A stretch of 64,000 nt of DNA from an uncultured Chloroflexia bacterium (GCA_963813535.1 CAWEZH010000002.1:224001-288000), one strand, 5' to 3'. Shown: positions 1 to 10,315, numbered from the stretch's first letter. Numbers and translations are program-made. Notes: generated by a model from the letters alone, not told the origin.

Positions 1-693
1 GCGCTGCGCCAGCAGGTGGGCGTGCAGCTCCAGGAAAGCCAGCTGCCCGATCGCATCCGGGTGGGGGAGGCTCTCGACCTGTATGCCTCCTTCTACGAGA
101 ACCCGGCCGACTGGCGGACGCTGGTCGACGACCTGGGCCTCGCCGACCGGATCGACACGGGATTCGCCAAGCTGTCGGGCGGTCAGAAGCAGCGTCTGTC
201 GATCGCGCTCGCGCTCGTCGGCTCTCCGAAGATCGCCATCCTTGACGAGCTGACGACCGGTCTCGACCCGCAGGCACGGCGCGACACCTGGGACGTGATC
301 GAGGGTGTTCGCGACCGCGGCGTCACGATCATCCTGGTCACCCACTTCATGGAGGAGGCCGAGCGCCTCGCCGACCGGCTCGCATTGATCGACGCCGGGC
401 GCGTCGTCGCACTCGACACTCCGGCCGGGATCGTCCGGCTCGTCGATGCCGAACAGCGGTTGCGCTTCCGCCCGTCCGCGCCGTTCGACGAGACGATCCT
501 CACGAGCCTCCCGGAGGTCCGCGACCTGACCCGTAGCGGGACCACGGTCGTCGTGACCGGGACCGGCAACCTCGTCCACGCCGTCACCAGCGTCCTGGCT
601 CGCCAGCAGATCGTCGCGAACGACCTACGCATCGAGCAAGCCGATCTCGAGGACGCATTCGTAGCGCTGACCGGCCGCAAGCTGGCCAGCTGA
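1..693 (+). CDS. ABC transporter ATP-binding protein (5'-truncated by window edge)
   Basis: Signature LSGGQKQR, Walker B ILDE, H-loop THFMEEAE; DrrA-type exporter ATPase. Confidence 0.9.
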   Translation, partial: ALRQQVGVQLQESQLPDRIRVGEALDLYASFYENPADWRTLVDDLGLADRIDTGFAKLSGGQKQRLSIALALVGSPKIAILDELTTGLDPQARRDTWDVIEGVRDRGVTIILVTHFMEEAERLADRLALIDAGRVVALDTPAGIVRLVDAEQRLRFRPSAPFDETILTSLPEVRDLTRSGTTVVVTGTGNLVHAVTSVLARQQIVANDLRIEQADLEDAFVALTGRKLAS

Positions 694-711
694 GATCAAG
701 GAGTCCCTCTG

Positions 712-1446
712 ATGTCGAACCTCACCAAGATCACCGCGATCGAGGCGAAGCTGATGCTCCGCGAGCCGGCCATCCTGCTCATCGGGCTGCTGCTGCCGAC
801 GGTCGTCCTGCTGGCGATCGGCGTCATCTTCGCCCCGCACAACCCGGATCCGTTGCTCGGCGGGCGGCGCTACATCGACCTGCTCGCACCATCGATGCTG
901 GTCATCACCCTGGCGACGCTCGGCATCCAGACGATGCCGGGCCGGCTGGTCAAGGACCGTGAGAGCGGCGTCCTGCGCCGGCTGTCCACTACGCCGGTCG
1001 AGCCCGGGTTGCTGGTCGTCGCCCAGCTGCTCGTCAACATGGTCGTCGGCATCGGCGGGCTGATCATCCTCGTCATCGCCGGCAACCTCGCGTTCCAGAT
1101 CCCCGTGCCGCAGGACCTGATCGGCTTTGGAGCGGCGTTCCTGCTCGGGATGTCCGCGTTGTTCGCCATGGGGCTGCTCGTTGCGGCCATCGCGCCGAGC
1201 GCCGGTGTGGCAACGGCGATCGCGCTGCCGCTATTCGCGACCGTGATGCTCCTGGGTGGTGTCTATCTGCCGCGCTGGCTGCTGCCGGAGATCCTGGTCC
1301 AGATCGGGGACGTCACGCCGCCGGGCGTGCAGGCGATGCTCGACGCCTGGTCGGGTACGGCGCCCCAGCTCCTGCCACTGGTGATAATGGCCGGGATCAC
1401 GCTCGTGGCCGGGGCCGCGGCGGCGAAGCTGTTCCGTTGGGAGTGA
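712..1446 (+). CDS. ABC-2 type permease
   Basis: About 6 hydrophobic segments, RESGVLRRLSTTP motif, AAGGAG RBS, follows the ATPase. Confidence 0.88.
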   Translation: MSNLTKITAIEAKLMLREPAILLIGLLLPTVVLLAIGVIFAPHNPDPLLGGRRYIDLLAPSMLVITLATLGIQTMPGRLVKDRESGVLRRLSTTPVEPGLLVVAQLLVNMVVGIGGLIILVIAGNLAFQIPVPQDLIGFGAAFLLGMSALFAMGLLVAAIAPSAGVATAIALPLFATVMLLGGVYLPRWLLPEILVQIGDVTPPGVQAMLDAWSGTAPQLLPLVIMAGITLVAGAAAAKLFRWE

Positions 1447-2719
1447 GTGGCTGACGTGACACCGACTCCCGCTCCGAGGGGTGCGGATACGACCTGGGAA
1501 CGCTTGAACGTGGCGTCCATGGACTGGGTCGCGTATCTGACGCTGGCAGCCTCGACGGCCTTCGCGCTCCTCCGACCCGACCGGCAACCAGGCGAGCGTC
1601 TCTTGACGCTCGTCTTGGTCATCGTCGCCACGGTGTGGGTCTACGTGATGTTCACGCGGGTGCCCGAACCCCGGCGGGAACGGCGCGCGTCGGATGGTCG
1701 TCTACTTCGTCGGCCTGCTGGTGCTGGCCACGCTGCTGATGGTCCGCAACCCGATGTTCTTCATCTTCGCCATCAGCGCGTTCTTCCACGCCGGGCTGCT
1801 TCGGCCGATGGCGCTGATCGTGGCCGGCGTGGCCGCCACCTCGATCCTGATCAACACGACCATCACGGGGTTTCCCTGGCCCACCGCCGACCTGTGGTTC
1901 CTCTACGGGACGATCATCGTGATCCAGATCATCGCCATCGGAGGCGGCACCATCATCAGCGAGCGGCTGTCCGAGCTGACCGAGGAGCGCCGCCAGACCG
2001 TGGCGCGGCTCGAGGCGGCGATGGACGAGAACGTCGGACTCCAGCGCCAGCTCGTCACCCAGGCTCGAGAGGCCGGTGTGCTCGACGAGCGGGCCCGCAT
2101 GGCCCGCGAGATCCACGACACCATCGCCCACGGCCTCACTGGGATCGTCACGCAGCTCGAAGCGGCCGAGCAGGCGACCGACCGTCCCGAGGCTCGCCAG
2201 CGGCACATCGCCAACGCCATCCGACTGGCGCGAGAGAGCCTGTCCGAGGCACGACGCTCCGTGGAGGCATCCCGCCCCGAGGCCCTGGAGGGCGTGTCTC
2301 TCGAAGAGGCGCTGACCGATGTGGCGCAGCGGTGGTCGGCCCTGAGTGGCGTGCCGGTCGACGTCACCACGACCGGCGATCCCTTGCCGCTCCACCCTGA
2401 GATCGAGATCGCGTTGCTGCGGACGGCGCAGGAGGCCCTGGCAAATGTCGCCAAGCACGCCACGGCGTCGAAGGTCCGGTTGACGTTGTCGTACATGGGC
2501 GATGAGGTCACGCTCGACGTGCGCGACGACGGGGTCGGGTTCGAGGTCCCGACTGGAGCACGCCAGGGTCGTCCCAAGGGTTTCGGCCTGACCGCGATGC
2601 GTCAGCGGGTCAGCCGGGTCGCGGGCACGTTGGCGATCGAATCCGAGCCGGGCGGCGGCACGGCGATATCGGCACGTGTGCCGGCCATCGGCGCCCCGCC
2701 GGCGGGGTCCGAGTCGTGA
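1447..2719 (+). CDS. Membrane sensor histidine kinase (HisKA_3/NarX-DesK type), apparent +1 frameshift near 1690
   Basis: ERARMAREIHDTIAHG H-box, EALANVAKH N-box, DDGVGF G1, GFGL G2; N-terminal TM part (1447-~1690) is in a different frame from 1694-2719. Confidence 0.85.
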
Positions 2720-3354
2720 GTCCGATCCGGCTCCTGATCGTCGACGATCACCCGGTCGTGCGTGACGGGCTGCGCGGGATCTTCGAGGGCGACCCGGAGT
2801 TCGAGGTGCTCGGCGAGGCGGCCGACGGAGCGGAGGCGGTCGCCATGGCCGAATCCCTGCACCCGGACGTCGTCCTGATGGACCTGCGGATGCCGAATGT
2901 CGATGGCGCCACGGCGATCCGGACCTTGGCCGAGCGCGCCAACCCTGCCCGGGTCCTCGTGCTCACGACGTACGAGACCGACGCCGACGTCGTACCGGCC
3001 ATCGAAGCGGGCGCGATCGGCTACCTGCTCAAGGATTCGCCGCGCGCCGAGCTGTACCGGGCGGTCCGTGCCGCCAACCTGGGCGAATCGGTGTTGGCCC
3101 CGTCCGTGGCGAAGCGGCTGGTCCGGCAGATCCGGACGCCCGCGCAGGACGGGCTGAGCGAGCGCGAGCTCGAAGTGCTGTCGCTCATCGCGCAAGGGGA
3201 GACGAACCGCGGCACCGCCGCCCGCCTGTTCATCTCCGAGGCGACGGTGAAGACCCATCTCCTGCACATCTACGCGAAGCTCGATGTGAACGATCGAGCG
3301 GCGGCCGTCGCGACCGCCTATGAGCGGGGACTGTTGGGGCCAGGTCGGGGCTGA
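2716..3354 (+). CDS. NarL/LuxR-family response regulator
   Basis: DDHPVVR, DVVLMDLRMP receiver; LSERELEVL...TVKTH LuxR HTH; GTGA overlap with the kinase. Confidence 0.93.
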   Translation: MSPIRLLIVDDHPVVRDGLRGIFEGDPEFEVLGEAADGAEAVAMAESLHPDVVLMDLRMPNVDGATAIRTLAERANPARVLVLTTYETDADVVPAIEAGAIGYLLKDSPRAELYRAVRAANLGESVLAPSVAKRLVRQIRTPAQDGLSERELEVLSLIAQGETNRGTAARLFISEATVKTHLLHIYAKLDVNDRAAAVATAYERGLLGPGRG

Positions 3355-3408
3355 GCCGGCTCGGTCAGCATGCGCCCGGGCGGGCAGCCCGTGCTGGCGC
3401 CCGAACGG

Positions 3409-3804
3409 TCACCCGAGCCGGGTCAGGCCTGTGATCCCGTCGAACCCGGTATCGAAGGTGAGCACCCTGTCTACGTCGTAGCGATGCATCACGGCAACGT
3501 GGAGGGCGTCCCGCGCCGACAACCGAACCGCGGATCGCATGATCCGATGTGCCCGCTGCACGTCGGCAGCCTCGATGGGGTAGATCACGTCAACGACTGA
3601 CTCGACAAGGTCGAATGCTTCCTCGATGGCGTCATGTCGCCCGATCGCGGCATAGCGGTGCAGGATCTCCTGGAGGACCTCGGCGTCCGTGCACAACGGT
3701 TCGCTCGCGGCCAACGCCTCCTCGAGCAGTCGCCGGGCTAGGTCCTTGTTCGGATGCTCCGCACCGATCAGGTACATCGGGATGTTGGAGTCGACCAGGA
3801 TCAC
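3409..3804 (-). CDS. vapC: VapC PIN-domain toxin
   Basis: ILVDSNI...EVLQEILHRY...RDALHVA...LTFDTGFD PIN acidic residues; GTG start overlaps the antitoxin stop. Confidence 0.88.
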   Translation of the reverse strand: MILVDSNIPMYLIGAEHPNKDLARRLLEEALAASEPLCTDAEVLQEILHRYAAIGRHDAIEEAFDLVESVVDVIYPIEAADVQRAHRIMRSAVRLSARDALHVAVMHRYDVDRVLTFDTGFDGITGLTRLG

Positions 3805-4067
3805 GTCGGCGGGCTGTCCTCGAGATAGCCGCGTTCGATCTCCGCGAGCATCACCTCGATGTCCGGGGCCGGTGCGGGCGGTCGGAACTGGTATGCGCTG
3901 TGGATCGCTTCGAGCTTGCGGCCGACGTCGGGTTTCGCCCGGTGCTCGCGGGCTTCGCGGAGGCGCTGGCGGACCCACTCGGCCGTCGTCATTCGTTCCC
4001 GCTTGGCCAATCGCTGGATCGAGCGGAGCTCGGCGTCATCCATGAGGACTTGCAGTCGCTTAGTCAC
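3801..4067 (-). CDS. VapB-type antitoxin (RHH/CopG-like)
   Basis: 88 aa, KRLQVLMD beta-strand followed by helices, directly upstream of vapC. Confidence 0.8.
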   Translation of the reverse strand: MTKRLQVLMDDAELRSIQRLAKRERMTTAEWVRQRLREAREHRAKPDVGRKLEAIHSAYQFRPPAPAPDIEVMLAEIERGYLEDSPPT

Positions 4068-4081
4068 CGAGTGAGCCTATC

Positions 4082-4101
4082 TGACTCATCGAGATGAGTC
4101 A
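4082..4101. promoter_or_regulatory. Probable TA autoregulatory operator
   Basis: Perfect palindrome TGACTCATC-GA-GATGAGTCA just upstream of the TAGGCT -10 element of the antitoxin. Confidence 0.7.
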
Positions 4102-4121
4102 ATCAGCGGCGAGGGCGGAGC

Positions 4122-5549
4122 TCAGCCCGAGTCGGCTCCGCGTGGAACCATCAGGCGCCGCAGGGTGAGCGCCACGTTGAGCCGCCGGCCCGCCTCGCCG
4201 TCGAAGCCGTGGCCGAGCAGGTCCTGCGCGCGCTCGAGGCGATACGCGACGGTCCGGTCGGCCAGGTGCAGCCGGCGGGCGGTCGCGCGGCGGTTGCCGC
4301 CGACATCGAAGTACGCCTGCAGCGTCTCGACGAGCTCGTCGCCCATCCGCGGATCGTCGAGGAGTGGCCCGAGCTCACGGTCGATGATCGTCGCGACGAG
4401 TTCCGGGTCGCTCAGCAGGAGCCGCTCGACGCCGAGCTCGGCCACATCGTCGATCACGCCACGCCGGCCGATCCTCGCGGCGACCCGCAGGCCTTCCTGG
4501 AGCTCGACCATCGACCGAGCCAGGGCGGGGACACCGTCGACGCGCATCGCGATCGCCGTCCACGTCTGGTCGACCTCTGGGGTCTCCGCGTGTTGCCGAG
4601 CGCGTGCCCGCGGTGAGAGGACCACCCGCACTGATTCCTGCAACCGCGTCCAGTCGCGCGGGTCCGGTCCGAGGATGGCGACGATCGACCCTCGCCAGCT
4701 GAACGCCACGGGCACCCGGATCCCGCTGTACGGGCCGTCGTTTCCGCCGCGCCGGCTCAGCAGCTGGTCGATCCGCCGGGCGAGTTCATCGAGGTCATCG
4801 TCATCGATACCCGGCTCGTCGGGCGTCGGGTCGACCTCGGGGTCCGGCAGGACCGCGGCGACCCGATAGCTCGCGTAGGGGTCGAGGCCGTAGCGCGTCG
4901 CCAGACGGCGTACTCGCGCCCGCCCACGCGAGTCGGTCGGGACCGAGCCGACCAGCTCGTCGAGCGCGGCACGGCGGGCTGCCACGTCACGCGCAAGGGA
5001 TTCGCGCTCGCTGGCTCGATACCCCTCGGTGACGGCCAGCGATGACAGCTGGGTCCACAGCATCAGCCATCGACCAAGCTCGATGAACCGCTCCGGCCCG
5101 TCGCCGCGTCGGGCCAGCTCGGCCGCCCCGTGCTCCCACATCGAGCGGTGGATGTCCGCATTGACGCCACGGAACAGGAGCAAGCGTCGACCCTGCATGG
5201 CCGCGATCGCGCCCGACTGGTATTGGAGTGCGAGGACGGTCATGAGATCGAGATCGCCGTGAGCAACGGCACGGTCGGCGACCTCGACGAGGGCGTCGTA
5301 CGAGTCAGCCTCGATGCGCTCGCCGAACGGATCCTGGGCCTCGTCGCCCGCCGCCCGGGCGCGCAGGACCTTGATCGCGGCCTCCAGATCGTCGGCGTCG
5401 GCCGCGACGTGGGTATTCAGGTAGGCCAGGCGCACACGCGTGCGCAGCTCGTCCTGCGAGTCGGCGAGGTCTTCGGACAAACCCGCGACGACCGTCTCGA
5501 TCTCCGGCAGGACGGCCGCGATGACATTGGGAGGCGTCGTGGTGGCCAC
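4122..5549 (-). CDS. PucR/CdaR-family transcriptional regulator
   Basis: C-terminal ELVETLQAYFDVGGNRRATARRLHLADRTVAYRL (HTH_30); start uncertain. Confidence 0.85.
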   Translation of the reverse strand: MATTTPPNVIAAVLPEIETVVAGLSEDLADSQDELRTRVRLAYLNTHVAADADDLEAAIKVLRARAAGDEAQDPFGERIEADSYDALVEVADRAVAHGDLDLMTVLALQYQSGAIAAMQGRRLLLFRGVNADIHRSMWEHGAAELARRGDGPERFIELGRWLMLWTQLSSLAVTEGYRASERESLARDVAARRAALDELVGSVPTDSRGRARVRRLATRYGLDPYASYRVAAVLPDPEVDPTPDEPGIDDDDLDELARRIDQLLSRRGGNDGPYSGIRVPVAFSWRGSIVAILGPDPRDWTRLQESVRVVLSPRARARQHAETPEVDQTWTAIAMRVDGVPALARSMVELQEGLRVAARIGRRGVIDDVAELGVERLLLSDPELVATIIDRELGPLLDDPRMGDELVETLQAYFDVGGNRRATARRLHLADRTVAYRLERAQDLLGHGFDGEAGRRLNVALTLRRLMVPRGADSG

Positions 5550-5682
5550 GGAGTCATCGAGTGTACGACCGTCGAGTGCGAAGACTGCACGACCTCGGCA
5601 ATCGACGGACGGCCGGACTGCGACGTCGTGCCCTTGGACTGGAAGCGGCCGCGACGGACGATGTCGCAACTGCAGTCATCGG

Positions 5683-5807
5683 TTTCGCCTGCCGGGGCAT
5701 CCCCCTGCCATCGGTTTGGCGTGAAGCCTGCATCGGCGGATGGCCCCCGTCTCGTCGAGCGCAGGACCCCCGGGCGGAGTCGGCGTATGCCGGCTCCGCC
5801 CGCTTTC
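5683..5807 (+). ncRNA. Candidate small RNA with two C5-loop hairpins and a terminator-like hairpin
   Basis: GGCA-TCCCCC-TGCC inside a longer stem; CCTGC...GGCCCCC...GCAGG; CGGGCGGAGTCGGC-GTAT-GCCGGCTCCGCCCG followed by CTTTC. Confidence 0.4.
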
Positions 5808-5881
5808 GAGCCCGTTCGACGCCGCGGGTCTAAGGTTGCCGCAGACCGTTGTTCACGGGAACGAACCGGAAGGGGTCAACC

Positions 5882-6400
5882 ATGTTCGGCCGTCACAAAG
5901 ACGAGGCTGCACCGGCGAATGTCTTCCAGATGCGCCAGTCGATGGTCTCCATCGGCGACGACTACTGGATCGAGAACGGCGCCGGCCAGCGCACCTACAA
6001 GGTCGATGGCAAGGCGTTCCGGGTGCGGAAGACGCTCGTCATCGAGGACACCGCGGGGCAGGAAGTGGCCACGCTCAAGGAGAAGCTGGTCAGCGTTCGC
6101 GACGTCATGACGATCGAGCGCGGCGGTCAGCCACTCGCGACGGTCAAGAAGGCCATGTTCACGCCGCTGCGGGAGCGGTTCGACGTCGAGGCCACGAACG
6201 GCGTCAAGTACGAGGTCAAGGGCAAGGTCACCGACCACCAGTACGAGTTCGAGCGAGACGGCAACAAGGTCGCGAGCGTCTCGAAGAAGTGGTTCCGGGT
6301 GCGCGACTCCTACGGCGTCGAGGTCGGCCCGAATGAGGATGTGGCTCTCGTGCTGGCTGCGACGGTCGCCATCGACCAGATGACGCACGAGGTCGGCTGA
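5882..6400 (+). CDS. LURP-one-related/scramblase (Tubby C-like) protein
   Basis: SIGDDYWIEN...YKVDGK...KKWFRVRDSYGVE pattern of the YxjI/LURP-one family. Confidence 0.85.
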   Translation: MFGRHKDEAAPANVFQMRQSMVSIGDDYWIENGAGQRTYKVDGKAFRVRKTLVIEDTAGQEVATLKEKLVSVRDVMTIERGGQPLATVKKAMFTPLRERFDVEATNGVKYEVKGKVTDHQYEFERDGNKVASVSKKWFRVRDSYGVEVGPNEDVALVLAATVAIDQMTHEVG

Positions 6401-6499
6401 GGCGAGGTCGGCGGTCGGACCTTTGTCGGCTGATGACCTTGGGCCGCATCGACGGGTGATAAGCGCGGGCCGGCCGGAGCCCGCGGCCCCGCAGACCCC

Positions 6500-8176
6500 C
6501 TAGGCGACCAGCCGCTTGTACCGGATGCGGTGCGGCTGGTCGGCGGCAGTGCCGAGCTCCTTGCGCCGGAAGGCCTCGTAGTCGCTGACGTTGCCCTCGA
6601 AGAACCGCACCTGCGAATCGCCCTCGAAAGCGAGGATGTGCGTCGCGATCCGGTCGAGGAACCAGCGATCGTGGCTGATCACCACGACGCAGCCCGGGAA
6701 CGACTCGAGCCCCGCCTCGAGCGCGCGCAGCGTGTCGACGTCGAGGTCGTTCGTCGGCTCGTCGAGGAGCAGCAGGTTGCCGCCCGATTGGAGCAGCTTG
6801 GCGAGATGGACGCGGTTCCGCTCGCCGCCCGACAGCTGGCCGACCAGCTTCTGCTGGTCGGGGCCACGGAAGTTGAAGCTGCTGACGTAGGCACGGGCCG
6901 GGACCTCCCGGGGCCCGCTCTTGATGACCTCGGCGCCCTGGGTGATCTCCTGGAAGACGGACTTGTCGGCGGCCAGGTCGTCGCGACTCTGGTCGACATA
7001 GCTCATCTCGACCGTGTCGCCGATCGTGATCGAGCCCGCGTCGGGTGGCTCCTGGCCGACGAGCATCCGGAAGAGCGTCGTCTTGCCGGCACCGTTGGGG
7101 CCGATGATCCCGACGATGCCCGATCGGGGTAGCGAGAACGTCAGGTCCTCGATCAGGAGTCGATCGCCGAAACCCTTGCGCAGCCCGTTCACCTCGATGA
7201 CCTGGTCGCCGAGACGTGGCCCGGCAGGGATGGCGATCTCCAGCTCGCGCTCGGTGCGCTTCGCGTCGTTCGACTCGGCGAGTAGCTGTTCGTACGCCGA
7301 CAGCCGCGCCTTGCCCTTCGACTGGCGGGCCCGCGCCGACGAGCGCACCCATTCGAGCTCGCGAGCGAGCGTCCGTTGCTTCGCATCGGCCGTTTTCTGC
7401 TCGCGGGACATGCGCTCGAGCTTCTGCTCGAGCCAGCTCGAGTAGTTGCCGGAGAAGGGGATCCCGCGGCCGTGGTCGAGCTCGAGGATCCACTTCGCGA
7501 CGTTGTCGAGGAAGTACCGGTCGTGGGTCACGGCCACGACCGTGCCGTCGTACTCATCGAGGAAGCGCTCGAGCCAGTCGACCGACTCGGCGTCGAGGTG
7601 GTTCGTCGGCTCGTCGAGCAGCAAGAGGTCGGGATGCTGGAGGAGCAGCCTGGCAAGAGCGACGCGCCGGCGCTCGCCGCCGCTGAGCGTGGTGACATCC
7701 TGGTCATCGGGCGGACACCGCAGCGCGTCCATCGCGATGTCGACATTACGCTCGAGGTTCCAGGCGTCGGCCGCGTTGATCTTGTCCTCGAGCGCCGACT
7801 GCTCGGCACCGATCGCCTCGTAGTCGGCGTCGGGATCGGACCACTTGGCCATGACGGCGTTGTACTGATCGATGAGGTCCTGGACGGGGCGGACGCCGTC
7901 CAGGACGTTGCCCTTGACGTCCTTGCTCGGGTCGAGCTGCGGCTCCTGGTCGAGGTAGCCGACCGTGAACCCCGGTGTCAGCCGGGCGTCGCCGGTGAAC
8001 CCGTCGTCGAGCCCGGCCATGATCTTGAGCAGGCTCGACTTGCCCGCGCCGTTCGGCCCGATGACGCCGATCTTGGCGCCCGGGTAGAAGCTGAGCGAGA
8101 TGTCCTCGAGGACCGTCCGGTCGGGCGGGTAGTGCCTGGCAAGCCGGTACGTGGAGTAGATGAATTCGGCGGGCAT
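6500..8176 (-). CDS. ettA: Energy-dependent translational throttle protein EttA (ABC-F)
   Basis: SFYPGAKIGVIGPNGAGKS, two ABC domains, RELEWVR PtIM linker, C-terminal PHRIRYKRL. Confidence 0.95.
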   Translation of the reverse strand: MPAEFIYSTYRLARHYPPDRTVLEDISLSFYPGAKIGVIGPNGAGKSSLLKIMAGLDDGFTGDARLTPGFTVGYLDQEPQLDPSKDVKGNVLDGVRPVQDLIDQYNAVMAKWSDPDADYEAIGAEQSALEDKINAADAWNLERNVDIAMDALRCPPDDQDVTTLSGGERRRVALARLLLQHPDLLLLDEPTNHLDAESVDWLERFLDEYDGTVVAVTHDRYFLDNVAKWILELDHGRGIPFSGNYSSWLEQKLERMSREQKTADAKQRTLARELEWVRSSARARQSKGKARLSAYEQLLAESNDAKRTERELEIAIPAGPRLGDQVIEVNGLRKGFGDRLLIEDLTFSLPRSGIVGIIGPNGAGKTTLFRMLVGQEPPDAGSITIGDTVEMSYVDQSRDDLAADKSVFQEITQGAEVIKSGPREVPARAYVSSFNFRGPDQQKLVGQLSGGERNRVHLAKLLQSGGNLLLLDEPTNDLDVDTLRALEAGLESFPGCVVVISHDRWFLDRIATHILAFEGDSQVRFFEGNVSDYEAFRRKELGTAADQPHRIRYKRLVA

Positions 8177-8247
8177 GGTCCGTAAGGGTAGGGCAGGAGG
8201 CCGTTCCTCCTCTCGACATCGTCAGCCGACCGCGCTATACGTCGGTC

Positions 8248-8766
8248 ATGACGACGATGCGTCCGCGCGTGGGTTGGGTTCTCGCGGGGATCGGCCTGCT
8301 GGCGATCGCGAGCCTCGCGACGCTGGCCGCTCTGTTAGCCGCCGGCGAGGGCGGCCGGCAAGAGCTAAGCGGCGAGGTCAGGATCGTCGAGAGCCAGATG
8401 GCGCGGTTCGATCGGCAGGTCCATGCGGACACGGCCGACGCCACGCCGAGTCCCGGGAACGTCGACAATGCCCTTTGCCTCGAGCTCGCCCATGCTGTGG
8501 ACGTTGCGCCCGGTCACGCCGTGGTCCTCTATGACCTAGCCGGGAAGGTCATCGGCGAAGGGACGCTCGGCGAGCCCGAGCGATCGATCGACGAGTCGAG
8601 ACCGGCCTACGCCGACACCATCGTGTGTCGGCTGCTGTTCCGTGTCGGGGATGTTCGGCCGACCGATGCGGTCAGGATCGACATCGGCTCTCGCACGCGC
8701 GCGACCTACGACTCAGCGGCACTCGCCAGTCGAGGCTGGTACGTGGAGTTGGAGCTGGGCTCCTAG
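8248..8766 (+). CDS. Hypothetical membrane-anchored or secreted protein
   Basis: N-terminal hydrophobic helix, two Cys. Confidence 0.6.
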   Translation: MTTMRPRVGWVLAGIGLLAIASLATLAALLAAGEGGRQELSGEVRIVESQMARFDRQVHADTADATPSPGNVDNALCLELAHAVDVAPGHAVVLYDLAGKVIGEGTLGEPERSIDESRPAYADTIVCRLLFRVGDVRPTDAVRIDIGSRTRATYDSAALASRGWYVELELGS

Positions 8767-8787
8767 ATCTCGCGACACGCTCATCCG

Positions 8788-8927
8788 CATCTGGAACATG
8801 CCGTGTTACGTCCGACCGCCGAAGCGTGTCGGACCGGGGTTTTAGCCGTCATTTGGAACATGTGATGTTCCAATTGACGAATGAACCGGCGTTCAGCGGT
8901 CGCTCGTAACACGTGATGTTCCAAACG
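8788..8927. repeat. MITE/REP-like palindromic element
   Basis: Inverted ends 8788-8810 and 8905-8927 (19/23 match); central palindrome TTGGAACAT-GTG-ATGTTCCAA at 8853-8873; lies between convergent genes. Confidence 0.65.
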
Positions 8928-8986
8928 TGGGCGAGGAGCACCCGCGGACCCGACGACGAGGGCCCGGCGCAGCCCGCGCTGCCCGC

Positions 8987-10315
8987 TCAGCCGAGGAGCG
9001 TCTCTCCGACGAAGCCACCTTCGGACGCCCCGGGCGGGATGGCGAAGATCGCCGACCCGATATGCCGGATGTACTCATTGAGCAGGTCCGGACCGAGCGA
9101 TCGCTGCAGGGCGATGAACTGGCTAGGCGAGCGCTGATAGGCGAGGAAGAACAGACCGGCATCGAGTCGGCCGTAGGGCGTGTTCCCGTCGACGTAGTTG
9201 TAGCCGCGCCGCAGGATCCGGACGCCGCCGTTGGACGACGGGTGGGCCAGGCGGACGTGGGCGGCCGTGTCGATGACCGGCGCGCCATCGGCGCTCGCGT
9301 CGAAGTCGGGCGTGGTGAACTCGTCGCCGCCGCTGAGGGGCGCGCCCGGTCCCTTCGAGCGCCCGATGATCGTCTGCTGCTCGGCGAGCCGGACCCGATC
9401 CCAGGACTCGATGAGCATCTCGATCTTGCGGACCACCAGGTAGCTCCCGCCGGAGAGCCACGCCGGCTCGCCGGTCGGTACCCAGACGTGATCCTCGAGA
9501 GCGGCCGTGTCGTCGGCCAGGATGTTGGCGGTCCCGTCCCTGAACCCCATGAGGTTTCGGGGTGTCACCTGGGTGGTCGTGGTCTTCGACGTCCGCCCGA
9601 AACCCATCTGCGACCAGCGGATCGCCGCCCGGCCAAAGGCGATGCGCGATAGGTTGCGCACCGCATGGACGGCCACCTGGGGATCGTCGGCGCAGACCTG
9701 GAGACACAGGTCGCCGTGACTCCACTCCGCCTTGAGGGCGTCGCCGACGAACGGTGGGAGACGCTCCAGCTCGGGTGGTCGTCGGGCTGCGACTCCGTAT
9801 CGGTCGACCCCGTCCTTCTCGAACACCCCGGGCCCGAACCCGATCGTGATGGTCAGGCCACTGGCCGTGAGGTCGAGGGCTTCACCCGTATCTTCGGGCG
9901 GCGACTCGGGATCGCCGCCGATGGCCCCGGACGCACTGGTCTCGAGTCCTTGAGTCATCCGAGACGCCGCGTATGACCAGTCCCGGAGCAAGCCGACCAG
10001 GCCCTCCCGATCGGTCCCGTCCGCGATGTCGAAGGCCGCGAAATGGAGGTGGTCCTGGACCGGCGTCGTGATGCCGGCCTGGTGCGGACCGTAGAACGGA
10101 TAGGCCGTGGAGCCACTACTCGAACCCGTAGTCCCGGGTGCCGGATCGCCCGGACGCACGCCGAGCAGGGGACCGGCGAGGCCCCCGACGACCAGCCCGG
10201 CCGTCCCGGTGGCGGCCGCTCCGAGGAGCGCGCGCCGGGACAGACCACGGCGTCCATCCGTCTCCGGCTCGGGCCCCGCGGGCGCCGGACGCTCGGCGAC
10301 CTTGGGCTCGGTCAC
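8987..10315 (-). CDS. efeB: Dyp-type peroxidase/deferrochelatase EfeB
   Basis: Tat signal SRRALL, HQAGITTP, GFRDGTAN, AHVRLAHP, RRGYNY. Confidence 0.92.
   Translation of the reverse strand: MTEPKVAERPAPAGPEPETDGRRGLSRRALLGAAATGTAGLVVGGLAGPLLGVRPGDPAPGTTGSSSGSTAYPFYGPHQAGITTPVQDHLHFAAFDIADGTDREGLVGLLRDWSYAASRMTQGLETSASGAIGGDPESPPEDTGEALDLTASGLTITIGFGPGVFEKDGVDRYGVAARRPPELERLPPFVGDALKAEWSHGDLCLQVCADDPQVAVHAVRNLSRIAFGRAAIRWSQMGFGRTSKTTTTQVTPRNLMGFRDGTANILADDTAALEDHVWVPTGEPAWLSGGSYLVVRKIEMLIESWDRVRLAEQQTIIGRSKGPGAPLSGGDEFTTPDFDASADGAPVIDTAAHVRLAHPSSNGGVRILRRGYNYVDGNTPYGRLDAGLFFLAYQRSPSQFIALQRSLGPDLLNEYIRHIGSAIFAIPPGASEGGFVGETLLG

Noticed and set aside
8883-8894. GAAC-CGGC-GTTC matches a Gram-positive/Chloroflexi LexA box
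   Set aside because: It lies between two gene 3' ends inside the palindromic element, with no promoter to control
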